Assembly (NCBI GenBank): GCA_964035545.1
Contig: OZ037765.1
Location: 29,821,504 to 29,885,503, forward strand
Source: Bugula neritina
Taxonomy: Eukaryota > Animalia > Bryozoa
Direction of reading: 5' to 3'
Length of the DNA: 64,000 nt
The translations under genes and the position numbers were made by a program. Position 1 is the first letter of the stretch. Each line of letters begins with the position of its first letter. Shown here in pieces: positions 27,265 through 40,881 of this stretch. The notes below the pieces were generated by a model that searched no databases, was not told where the DNA came from, and worked only from the letters and a program-made list of their open reading frames with translations.

Positions 27265-30200
27265 TTAGTTCCATAATTTGCTTTGTCGCTGCTTATTTAA
27301 AAGTTCAGATAACTTAGTATTAGCATCCTGAGTGAATGGTAAAGGGTTTGGGTGCTCAGCCCACACTCCGTCCAAATTTTGAGTTCTAGCAGCTGAGGCT
27401 AAGCTTTCCTTTTTCCCATTTTTCAAGTTGCTGAACTCAGCTATAGGAGAAGAGGTAGGACTGTACAAAGCTGAATGAGATAAAGTTCTACTCTGCAATA
27501 GTTAAATCACTAAATACATTACAGTTTGTCACAAGCTGTCTATTGTATAAATGTAAATTAGCTATAAAAGAGTAGTGATATTGGTTCACCAAAATTCTTT
27601 GCCATTTAGTATTGGCAGGTAGGATGGCAATTCAACATTCAACTTTTGTAGAAATTATAAAGATGTTGGACATCCTGTTTAAAACCCAAAAAGTGTACCC
27701 CAGGTTTTAGAAAGTACCACAGCCATGGCTAATAGAACTAATTTTAAAATCAACGATTCCCTACATGGCACATGCACACTTGCCATATAAATATTTATGC
27801 GCAATACCAGTTCAAGATTGCAATTGCACAATACCTTGTATTTTCTTTGTAATGATAAAGGTAAAGTTTCACTTTTCCTCATTCCAAAAGTTTGAAGGGA
27901 GAGATTAGAAATTTCTTTCTCTTGTTCCTGCAAAGCATTGCTATATTTTATGACTTAATTAATAACAGAAGACATAAGTAATTAAATTTAATAAACTTTT
28001 TTCTTAACAAATATGTATACTATAAATAATATAACTGCTCATGTTGCTAACCAGTTCACAATTTTACCCAAAATAAACAACAGGCTTCAAATAATGATCT
28101 AGCAGCAGTATACATCTATAGAGGAATATATTTATATACTTGTAATATTTTTGTGGATGCATCAACTCTTTCTTGCAAATATTCACAGAGGTCTAGAGCA
28201 GCATCCGCAATGATCTCTGCTGGAATCTTGCCAACTTTTTGAGCATGTCGAAGAGATTTTGCTGAACATAGTTTCATATCAATCATGGATAAACATCTTG
28301 TCATCAGGTCTTTATCTTGAATACACTCTGTTTCAGATAAAACAAATGTTAAATGCCCAATCACATGATATAGTAAGAACACACACCTAATGGTGACAGA
28401 CATTATTTTATAAAACATAATACGCACAGACTATTGTGCTATAGGTTACAAGCTATAGATATTCAGTCAGTTTGAAACAGCTTTGTTACTACAGACTGAT
28501 AGTATATATATGATATTGGTATATATGGAGTGGATAAGATGCTGGTTCCAATGAAACAGTCGATATCCACCATCACTTTCACAAAAATAAATAAGTTTTA
28601 TTCATCGAAATAAAACTGTTCTAATACATAAATATTTTTTAAAATTGATGGAAAGGAGAGGTTGTCTAAGCTGGAGCCAATGATTTGGGATTTCTTTATC
28701 AATTAATATGTTGGTGCTATATGATCTGTGATACTGGCATTTTCCCACCAGTTCAGCAAATACTCATGCTATTACTGGGCAAGAGAGAAAGATTCTCTTT
28801 AGAATGTGAAGAGTCTAATCGTGGTATATTTTGTACACAGCACTTATGCAACAAAAGAAGCCAGATTTACTAGGAAATATTTGATATTCAAGTGGTATAC
28901 AATGCACTCAGGTTATAATTAGCTGGTATATAATATTGTTATGTCAGAATGAGTTAATAATATACACAAACCGATACTACTTGCAAATACCATGTGAGAA
29001 CTCTGCATGTGGAAGTAAACTTGGGTGGAGAGTAAATGTCATAAACAGAAATTAGAAACCTAAGTACAACAAAACCAGCTTCTAGTCGTATGATTTATCG
29101 AAGGGAGTAAAGGTGACACTGTCTAGACTCTAGACCATATTATACTGCTATAGATGTGAATACATTCATAATATATTATAGGCTTTCATTTGTTCTGATT
29201 TATTCATTATCAAAAATTCATTTGTGCCATAATTTATATATACTCTCTTAATAAGTGTAGACTGCTGCCTTTGAAGCAACACAGAAGTAGGAACATAATA
29301 GTACAATAAGATCAAGACATTCTGGTTTTATAAGAAGTTCTTGATTTGGATAATCTGACTTTAGCTCAAATGCAAGAAACTTCCCACAGCATTTGAAAGG
29401 ACAAATTTTTAGCACCTGCGTGCCTTACATATTCAGGAATGATTGAAGCTAATCTGTTATCAATTAGATGCTGGTTACATAATCCAAGTTTAAAATGGCA
29501 TCTATTACATAACAAATATGTGAACATCTGCCCATGTCTTGCTATTTGAAAGCTAATTTTGTTAGTTTGTACAATAAACTAATTTTATCATTACAAACGT
29601 ATTATAGCATTTCAGTGAAGCATTCAATGCTCTTGAAAATATTTAATGCTTGCAAGTTTCATTCGGCTTCTAATTAATATAATTTTACTGGAATCCTCAT
29701 CCTAACACCAGAAGTCGTAGATATTGATTAAGCTCAGTGTCTTGACAAATAATCTAATTTTCTTATAAAAGATGCCAACTCTATGCATGTTTAGAGGAAA
29801 TAGTGCCAATATAGGAGTGTCATGAACCTGCCACTCAAATCAATTGTTCCTTAATTCATCATTAGATACTGCACTATCGTACATTGGAGGATGCATTGCT
29901 ACACTGCAGTATACAAAAGCCAAGGCCTTTTACATACTTGCAGATAGATTTTGCTTTGCTGAAGTAAAATTACAAAGCTTTGCTTTATAAGGTATAGCAA
30001 TTGTAACTCAATTCTAATATCTCTTTTAGCAGGTTATTTGACTTAAAATTTGACTGGTATTGCAGGAGGCGATATAAATAAACAATAATTTAGGTATCCT
30101 ACAAAAAGTTTTGGGCACCTTCAATCAAATTTAAATTATAATTGCTATAATAAGTTTTTGAAGCTATAGTACAATGTTGGTAAATATAAGCCTAAAAAAT

Positions 30201-32486
30201 AGTAGATTAAAGAAACTTGATACTCTAATACTGATAAATTACCTTGTTCCTACTTTGCTTTTAAATTAGACTTTTAAGGCATAAAAAAGCTTTTTTATAT
30301 CAATAGTTACCCACAATCACTACTTAATTTTGAAAATAAAACTGAATACCTCATTATGCTTTTTAAGACCATCTTTTCAAGCTTTAAAGCTATTCTGGAG
30401 AATGTTAGACCACTAATATCCTATATTATCATTATCATGCATTATTTGGTAAGTCACTACTTTACAGATATGTATTTACAGTACGTATTGTTCAAAAGCC
30501 TGGCCAAAGCTGATGTACAAATTAAACATCTCATACTGGAAATACACGATTGCTATTTAGCAAACGCATCACTGGATGCTAAGACCAGCTGAGCTTTAAG
30601 CAGATGCAGGTGTAAACCGTGGAAGTTTTAAATGCTAAAGTTATATACCAAAGGTTATATAACCTGTTTCCTTGATGAGCACTGCATGTAACACTTATTA
30701 TTCATTGATCTGTGGGACAGAAAAGATAAATAGTTTAATCAAAGCCTTTTTAAGATGTAAATGACATTTTTTAAGAATTTTGCTAAAAAAATATCCTAAC
30801 AAATGCTGTTGTAGTAAAAAAAAACTTTTTCTGTTGAGTAAATCAAATAAGTTTCAAGTTTTTCAACAAAAAAGGATGTGAAACCTGTAAACCTATAACT
30901 TAGGAACATGGAGTCCCCATATCAACAGACCAAAAACTAAAACTGTAATTTTTTTCAAGTTTATCCCCTTTTTTACTTAGCAAGTTTTGAGTGGCATGTT
31001 TATCAATGTTTTGTTAATAAATTTTGGAGCAGTTGGAATTCTTGTGAAAACATAACTTCTTTTGCTATCTGTTTAATTTAAAACTTATGGGCTTTTTCAA
31101 TTTCTCCATTCCGGCACCTAATTGTAATCAAAGCAAAGGACACCCTTTCTTTATTTTAGAATGACTTATTTCAAGCTATGACCAACTCACTGCAGAAACA
31201 CCCAGCGGTAACTGTAGGCAGATTCTGACTATATATTGCTTACCTCTACTATTTAGTACTGAGGCGATGTGAAGCAAGTTATCGTGACAGGATATTGTTT
31301 GTAATTTTAAATTTTCCATCATCTTGAGAAAAGTTTCAAGGGTTAATGCATCATCAGCAGCCATTTTCATGAGATGCTCAAGAAAAAGCTCCTTTACTTC
31401 CAAACTTAAACTATCTGCTTCTACTTTTTCCACAAATGAGATTAAGATTTGTTCCCCTAATAAGGAAATGCATTCAGCATCCATTTGGTTTGCCATTATC
31501 GCTGCAATGTTTCCTAAAATTTCCGAACTGTTATCTGATTTCGAGTATGCTTGAAGGAGCGGCTTTAACCACTCAACAGACGTGTGCTTAGCCAGCATCG
31601 AGTTGGGCTTTAAAATACTCAACAGTGTCTGTATCTTTTCAAGATTTTGTTCATCAAGAGGGCTATGACCATTGCAAGTTGTCAAATCCAAACCATTTCC
31701 TGTTTCCACATCTTTGCTGACTTTCCTATCTTGACTGTCATCACTATCTTGACTGTCATCGCTGCCTTCACAGCTATTACTTCTTTCAAGGTTACTGTAT
31801 CCGTTGCCAACAGCAGTATTGTCACCTGTGTTTTGTGTATTTTCTATCAAGAATTTAATGTAACTAGAGATGAGAATGTTTACAACTTCAAGATTTTTAG
31901 CTTGTTCTTGACATTTCTGCATAATGCCGATAAAGAAATCAAAGTCCATAGCAAAAAACACTGCCTGAATACTGTGACTTGTAACCTGTTCTATGGTTGA
32001 GGTTCCATACTGACTTTTGTTCCAATGCTGTATTAGGGATGAAAGGCATTGTTCCTGAGTATGCTTTGATGTTTCATTAGTATTGTACTTTGAAGTCGAA
32101 GACAGGAGAATAAGCATTTTATCTAACTCTTTCCCTCGCTTACCATTTTTCAGCACTTCCTCTATAAATATCCCTGTCTTTTCATACAAGTTTCCGGAGC
32201 CCCACATCTCCAGGTATTTGGCACCACATCGAATTCCCACTACATTTTCTACTGTTATTTCAATGGAAATGTTGTAACAGAAGTCAGCAATTATTGTGAA
32301 CACCTCGATTCCTCCAGGAAAGTTCTCCAAGTTTATTGCATGTCGAGATCCAAGTTTGGCAAACTCCTTCAGAAATAATCCGGATTTTGTGTAGAGTGGG
32401 AACCTGTGCAGCTGAAACTGATTTTCCTCTATGATTACGATGATATCCGACAGCTCCCCTCCTACTCTAAACTTCCTGAAATCCAT
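27265..32486 (-). CDS. BTB-NPH3-coiled-coil protein of NPH3/RPT2-like (NRL) type, 4 exons, 583 aa
   Basis: Exons 32486-31244, 28327-28140, 27927-27835, 27492-27265; GT-AG and phase-consistent. N-terminal BTB with NRL-style motifs SDIIV..FQLHRFPL..KSG, FPGGIEVF..ADFCY, RCGAKYLEM..GNL; C-terminal NPH3-domain-like FLKMMENL..SCHDNLLH, CLSMIDMKLCSAKSLRHAQKVGKIP. Confidence 0.85.
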
Positions 32487-33462
32487 GATGCACCCTTAAT
32501 GGTGCTCTTCTAGTTGTAAAATCTTGTAAATGCTGCAATCCAAAGCTATAGTATGTTTACATAAAGCAAGTGAGGCACATTGTTATCTATAGTTGTTAAA
32601 CTTGCTGTGCTGTGGTCCTAGTTGCTGGTTGTCAGGTTAATAACACCTCAATGCAGTGTTGTTTACTAGTGGATCAAACTGCGTAGCGCATTTATCAGGT
32701 TACTTAATGTAATGTATAAAAGATCTCAATTCTTATCGCCTTCACTGACTCTGCATGCAGTATAGCAATAAATTTGTATGGCTTGTAATAAGCATTTAAA
32801 TGCTAGCTAAGATAAACATCAACCAATACTATTATAATGCCTCACCCTGCTGCTCAGTATTTACACTAAAACTAGGACAATAATTGTGTTCTGCTGATTA
32901 TACGCAATGCTTTGTCAATACAGTGTTATGTTATGTCTCAGGCAGTTGATATGTAAGCTCGCTCGATAAAGTTCATTAGTGGATGAGTACAGGTTAAAGG
33001 AAATGTCAACAATGGCTGTTTCAATCCATTGTACGAAATAATTCTCGTTACCTTAGCCTATTTGTGAAAGTATTCTATAATTTGTGAAATTATTTGAATA
33101 TAGTAGAGATAAACGGTTCTTGCTGTTTGTGGCTTCTTATCAACTAATATCACTTGCAGCAAAGGGTTAAATATCATCTATTGTGGCATTTGCAAAATTT
33201 CGTAGAATTTTCCTAGCTTAAGTGTGTCCCCGGTACAATAATTATTATTAAAGCATAACTTAGATAAACTACAACTACAGGACTTCCTAAAGTATAATTT
33301 ATATATTATCATATTTATATAAATTAAAGTGATGTTTTATATTTAAATTTTGTTTAAAACAAATCTGAACGATATGCATCAAGATTTTACTGAATGTTGT
33401 ACTGGTAGTACTATAGTTCAAAGTAACAAGTGCCTGTAAGCTAATCAAATCAAAACTGTAAT

Positions 33463-33620
33463 CAAGTAATCACTAGTGTCAAGTCATACCTGGTATCAGG
33501 TCATGCTTATAATATCAAGTCAAACCTAGTGTAAATTCATTCTTATATTTTTTTATTCTTATATATTATTTCATTCTTTATAAGTGTTAAGTCACACTTA
33601 AGGTCAAGTAGACCTAAATA
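33463..33620. repeat. Decayed ~17-bp tandem repeat (TCAAGTCAnACCTAGTR)
   Basis: Recurring TCAAGTCA/TCAGGTCA cores at roughly 17-19-bp spacing. Confidence 0.55.
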
Positions 33621-36486
33621 TTAACCCCTCAAGAAAATCATGACATTAAATTATTTTTTCCACATTCTACCTGATGTTATTTATCTAAGCAATATATTCT
33701 CATTAGCGGGTGGGAGAAATTATAATATAAAATCTTACCAAAACCGTGTCTTTTAATAGTCTAGTTTTAATCTGATAATAATTGAGGAATTAGAGCAATT
33801 ATTATTGGTCATGAAATGTCCTTGATTATATAAAGCTTAGTCTACAATGTGGCTTTAAATTGAATAATACTGCGGGCTTATAACATTAACAATTAACACC
33901 AGATATATAGTCGTTGTTGAGCAAGTAAACACTGAATATAATAACATCGTGTTTAAAACACTCTGTTGTCTATAAGGAGTTGGGCAGGTGATGAGAAAGA
34001 ATACTTCACATTTCTTATATATACATCAGCTTAAAGATGACGGCACATAAGCTTTTCTAACAAGCTAAATGTCTTACAATTTTCATAAACTCTACAGCTC
34101 AAGAATACCCGCTGACATTGTTCATGTAGAAACTATATAAAGCTACAGAGTAGTATAAAGATGTCAAAGACTACTAGATTTCCATGATGCATGCGTATTG
34201 CGTTCTAGTGAATGCATAATTGACATAATTATCTCAAAGTAGTCTTTGTAAGAAGCAGGTTTTAATATTATTATGTGCATAAATTTGATAATTCTTGGTG
34301 ACAGCATACAGGCAATGTGTGACACTGTATTACAGCACTACTTTATAAGCTAGAACTTGGTATTGCTTACTTAGTTGATGTTCTGCTAGATTATGTAATA
34401 ATATATAACAAGTTACACGGAAATAACAATCTCTCATATGATGCAGGGGACTGTCTCCATTTGCTTTTGTAAAATACCTTAGTTTGGAATATTTTAGAAA
34501 AGTTACCTGGAATATTTCTTCAACTGTGTAGGAAATTTTTGCAGCTATGGTTTAATTGGGCATCTTTTTTGAACAGACAACTCTAAAATATTATTTACAA
34601 AGTTAATTTCCCCTGTACATTCCATTTCTCCAACGTTAATAGTTGGGAGCCTAGCTGTGGGTATAGCACATATCCACGCAGCATTACTGAATCGGAATAC
34701 AACTTATAACCCATTTCAGTGTATCGTATATAGAAAAGAGAACTTCTAAGTAATAGCTATAAACATGAAAAACAACTCTAAATTATAAATGGTAGCACTG
34801 GTGCTATAATTTATTGCAGATAACTAATTTTATATATGAAATAGCACCTGCCAAGTACAGTTTACTGTACAAAGCTATTTAGTAGTGCTGGTTTTTTAAA
34901 TAAATGACTTTCAAAATCTAAGCCTCCTACTATCTCCATAGTGCCATATAAGCTTTGCTACATTTCTAACTAGATTGATGATTATCAAGTGATTCTATAT
35001 AAGCTGTGCTGGCGAGAAGACGAGCCTGAAACAGCTGCTCAAACACACACGCACACAATAAATAATATTTTCTCAACACCATGATTGGAAATTTCATAAC
35101 AATAAACAAGTTCTGCATTTTCAAATTCCTGAAGAAATATCTGTTGTGGCAACTGATCAATTGAATACACTGAAACAGAGAATTTTATTTTAATTAAAGA
35201 GACTTAATATTGAATTTTTTCATTCATAATTGTTTCTTAAAATATTATAATGTAATAGCAGTTCATTTGCACTTATAATCAGAATTACACGGTCTCTCTA
35301 TTGTAAATTGATAAATTGTACCACCACAGCTCTATATACTATACTAATATTCAGAATATTAAAGCCAAGAGTCATTGTTGTAAAACAACTAAGTCCTAGT
35401 TTATAGCTGACTGCTGTTTGCCATGTAATTTAGGACAAAACATAAAACTAATACCAGCATATAATCTATTATCTTATCCACCAAAGTAGGCCTACCATAT
35501 TGTTTTTACTGTGATATCTGTTTTGTGTGTTTCAACGCATTACACTATGTGCTATGCATATTTTATTGAGTTTATGTGTGACCGGTACATTTGTTTCTGC
35601 TGTTGCAGATGCCAGGAGCTATACAACTTCATGTTCTGTTTTGAATTTTTTTAAGGTTTCTTTTTAATTATAGCCTCTAAACTATCATTTCTATAAAGAT
35701 TGAAGAGCTGTATGATAATATGAAGAAGAAGTTCTCTTGCTAACTCCACACCTCTGTGTCATCATATCCACCCGACTCCAACGTAAAAAGTTGGAATTGT
35801 TTTTTTCCAGCGCTTGCCTAAAATAAAACACTACGGATAATTTGCAAGAATATCTAAAAACTAAAATATATAACTTTTTCTTTTTCATGTTCCTTAATAA
35901 TTTCAAAAAGTTCAAGGTTTCTTACTATAGACAGCTTGCAATAATATATTATATGTAATAGCTAGAGTGTGTGATTACTGGTTGCCTATCTGTTAATGTT
36001 TTTACTCCCGGAAACAAAATGCAAACAGAGATATGCAAGCAAAACAGCTATAAGCACCAACTGAATAACGAATACAATATATCTTACAAACGCAACCAAA
36101 ATTTGTATTTGAGTTTTTTTAAGGTTTTGCCCACGTATTTAGCTGTACTATAAATAGCATTCTACATTATAATGTGCCAAATAATTACTATTACTGGGGT
36201 AACTGTAGTTCACCGTGAGTCAGATGACATTAACTCAACATAAAAAGTAAACTATGGTCCTTTATTTCCTTAACATAGAGCCACAACAGACCAAATAATA
36301 ACACATAGGCTGAGAATGTGTCACATAAAGTACCTACATACTTCAGTGGTTACCATGGCAATGTTATATAAATCTTTCAACTTATACAACAATATTTTGT
36401 TAATATATCAGAGATTTAATTATTGCCAGGCATTAGTGTTAGGAGTTTACATTCAACATTCTTAGCTCACATGTGCACAAGTCAAG

Positions 36487-39400
36487 ATGGGAAAAAGCAG
36501 AATCAACATTATCATGTCAAGAAGTAAATTAAAGAGGTTTACAGTTGCAGTAGTACTTTTAGCTACTCTTAGCAATAATATATTAGCACGAGAGCCTCCA
36601 GCTGATAACGTCTTAACAGACTTCATGAAATTCAATGGAATACCAACAAAGATTCCGCTTGGGTTATTATCAGAATCTCAAGATATTGAGGACATAGAAC
36701 TTGTGAATGGGACATGTTTTAAATACGGGTTACACTCTTTCAACAGATGTAAGTACTATTCGGACTGCTGTCTTATGACTTCTGCTAAACCCCTGGAGCA
36801 GCTGGCTTACAACACATTTTCATGTCATGATAACTTCTACATTGTGGATAAATGTCCCCAGAAAACTCCGAATAAGGAACTGAAGGCTTTATGTGAAGAG
36901 TTCAGCTCTACAGAGTCTGGTAAGTATCGAGAATGAAGTTGAGCTTTCAATAACTTAGTATTGATTCCAAAAATACAGTAAAGCTCTATGGCTCTTATAA
37001 ACTTAAATTTTAAAACTTGGGTTTGATATCATGAGGTTTTGCTAGTTAGTACTGCAGCGTAATAGTAATATGCAATGAATGCTATTCTTTGACATGAGCT
37101 ACTTGTTTACTTATATTGCAGCAGCATAAACTTATGATGCAAAAGAAAGAAACTAGTTCACTAGCACTGCGTTTCCATGACTGCGCATAATGCGAATGAA
37201 TGCTTCGTACGGATTATTTGTGGTTTGTGGTTTGCATTACCTTATAGTTGCGGTTTCATCCGATGTAACTGTTTCCATTAGCCGGATGAAAAAATCCATT
37301 CGCATAATGCGATAATGGAAACGCAGTGTAGATGCAAGTATAGCAGAAATAGCACAATACGTTATACTCATCATATTTACCCTTCTACTAGCTACACAGT
37401 TGTATATCATTTGCAGATCTATCGCTGAAACGTTGGCCAGTACGAGGTCTGGTGAATCATCTCACCTATAAAAATGTTTTCTGCGCCATGTGCAATGGTA
37501 TTGATCCTCAGGCCCGTGTGCGTTTTGCTGATCAGTTATGGTTTGGTGATCCAAATAAGATAAATGATAGTGTGAGTACCATGGAATGGTGGCCAGCAAA
37601 GGTAGAGTGTAGCTCTGTGGCTATTGACAAATATCTCTCTTCAGATACTGACCACAAAAGTCTAATAACTCTAGTAAAAGAGTGAGTATTTAAGAAATAT
37701 TTTCTACTTCCTTTTCTCTCTCTCCTCTCCCTCTCTTTGTCTCTGTCTGTTTCTCTCTCTTGTGGTTTGAGTAGCAGGTTGTAACTGTAACAAAAGTATA
37801 ATTTTTTTCAAAAACAGCATACTCGGGTATTTTGACATTTATACTCTGATTCAGCACATGGTCATCTCCTTTAGCAGCAATAACATGATTATGATAATTA
37901 ATGGTTATGGCTTGAATTTGACAGAAGGTTGGTTTCTTTTCCTAAGCTATGGCTTGATTTCTTTGACCAGAATGTAGCATAACATGTTGGGGGTTCACCC
38001 TAACTCTATGTAGCGTTAAGTTTACCCAGTAATCCCCGTGGTGTAATGGTTAGCATACTTGCTTGCAAGCTGGAGATCTCAAGTTCGATTCCCAGTGAAG
38101 GCAATTATTTTTCACTTTATATATAAAAATGCTGCATCACAAAAATAGATGGTGGTGATGCATGCATCTCCTCTGATGGGTGTGAAAATCAATATGCCAA
38201 CATTCAGCTTCTGAAAAATTATATATTCTATTTTCCTGCACAGATGTGATTGCCAGTGCTAAATAGCTTCTACATAATAAAATAATTTTTAAAATAGCTT
38301 TACTTAAGCTAAATTTAGAAGCAGTATTATATACCTGTAGTTTTTGCACACTACCATTAAAAGAGCTAAGAGACATTGCCTGCAGTTTGAGTTTTTTAAA
38401 GTATAAACATCTTTCACAAGGCAGTTAGCACTTTTTATAGTTTTTTTCAGTCTTGGCCAGTGTTGTACAATACATACCATTTTTAAGAATTTTAGAATTT
38501 ACATTTCGATAAAAAAGTCTTTATATTACAGGGTTTATCTTGAAAGTTAGATTATTAGAACTTATTAATGTACAATCAATATAAATGATGCAGCTAGTGA
38601 CAATTTTTGAGTTTTATAAATGTAATGGCTATTGTATTATATGATATGCATCATGGTCTTTGTTCTGCAGATCCTGCAAGACGTTATACTTGCCCCCAGA
38701 ATCTCCAGATCTGTGTTGGGATGCTGTTAGGAAATGTCCTACAAATTCTAATAGCGAGTTAAAGACCCTTTGTGAGAAAGGACCTGTCAACTATATTAAC
38801 ATCACAAACTTAGATTTGGTATATCGCAACCAGTTCTGTGCCTTGTGTCATGGTGTGGATCTTTTACTGGATAAAGTTGCTATACCTCAGCTGCCCAATA
38901 TGACTGCTTTAATGTTGGAACTTTTTTGGGACAAGAAAAGCAATAAACTTAAAATAAAACAAGATCTGTTTTCACAAGAGAGCGATAAGACATTGATGTT
39001 TGCAAGACCAACTATGTTCAACTTGACAGAGTTATCTAACAGTTTTACGGACTTTAAAATTGATGGAGATTTTGAGTGTTCTTTTTTCGCAGATCAAACG
39101 GCAAGTTATTGTAATGATCGCATAGCACAGCTAAATAGTTCTTCTGGAACTAATATCACCACTGTGCCAGTGTGGAACTTGGGATCCATGGCTTGCTTTA
39201 GCAACGTGAGGAAGATATGTGACCGGTTTCTCATTCCACAAGTTGTGAGTGATGAGATATGCACAAAATCAGGGTGTGGATTTGGACATGTCCTTGACCC
39301 CGACACTTTGCAGTGTTATAATCTGAACACTTTTGGTTCAGTCAGCAACATAGTCATAGAAAACAGTGACTTGCAGTGGCACTCACACTCAGTTTGTGCT

Positions 39401-40793
39401 TACCAGAGTCGATGCAAAGCTGTGGAGTTGGGAATAAAGAAAGAGCACGAGTTGAATTGTTACTGTGATGAATACTGTAGGTATTTTAATGATTGCTGTG
39501 AAGATTCACCGCACCAATCTACCAAACAGACAGTCCTAGAAGTTGGGACATTTTCCTGTGTGTATGACAGATCTGAGTTGAAAAGTGGAGGAGATACTGA
39601 GGGCCGTTCATGGGGGATAATGCAAGTGGAAGCGTGTCCAAAATCGTATAACAACAGTGAAATGAAAGATCTATGTGAGAACCGTCCCAAAAACAAAAAG
39701 TTAAGTTACCAAAACATCCCAGTCACCTCTCTGGATACTGGATTAAGGTAATTTGGTTTTTTATTATAAAAAGATATTGTAAAATGAAAGTTTATTAATA
39801 AAAATTAATAAATTCAATCAGCACATTTTAATAGACTAAAAGTTTTGGGCTGGTTATCGATTGAACACAATACTCAGAGAACTAGGTTTTCCCACATATG
39901 CTGATTAATGCAATAGAACAAAGAAAAATAAGGATAAGAGAATGAATAAAAACAGTATAAAGCGAAATATTACATTTAAATGAAGGTATAACAGTAAACT
40001 ATAGTGCTATGAGAGCTGCATTATGAGGCTATGAAAGAGAATAATGGTTAAGGCAAATTCAATTTACCAGTGAAGGATTTTTTGGCAAAAACACACTGCA
40101 TATTTACCATCTATCAAAATCAGTGTATTATAGTTAGCTACAAGATATTTTTATGCAATATTTTATGTATTTTTTAAGTTTATTGGTTAAATGAGTCATC
40201 TTTTAAATGAGTCATCTTATCTAATATTTGACTTAAAAATCAGCTTATTTGAAGGAAATAAACCAACCTGAGCCATGACTCACTTGTAGTTAATTCTACA
40301 TAATTTTATCAAAAGCCATTATTTTGAAAGGTATTTATAATATTTACAGGTACGCCAACCTATACTGTGCCATATGCAACAACGTCAAAGATATTCGTTA
40401 TTGGAGGGTAGATGTGGGTTGCCTTCATGTGGCTAATGATAAGTGCAATTATGTTCCGAAATCACTCAGCCGAGAAAAACTTTTTCTTCCTAATGTATTC
40501 CGGAAGAATCCAACCGTAACTGAACTGAAACACAGCAAGTGAGTTATTTTTAGAGTAAATTAATAATTTATTTTATTCATGCTGTCACTTCACAGCATGT
40601 AGTAGCAAAGTTAAGGTGTCTCTGGTGTCTATCAGGAACTGTGATTCTCCTACAACTAGCTTTGATTAACTTCATAGTCTGCAATAGTTGTTCTGACTGA
40701 TAAACCTAATAAGAAATCTTCTGAGTATTATTAGATTTTCTTCTTTATAATTATTACTAATTATTGAGTTGAAAAGGCATGAACATATATTTG

Positions 40794-40881
<88 letters not shown>

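Noticed and set aside
27265-32486. Plant or algal contamination as the source of the NPH3-like gene
   Set aside because: Intron style and base composition match neighbouring animal genes on the same contiguous sequence and the protein is strongly diverged from the plant consensus; long-read confirmation is still advisable.
35691-35915. Minus-strand ORF with an acceptor-like site between the NRL gene and the GPCR
   Set aside because: No recognisable homology or linkable partner exons.
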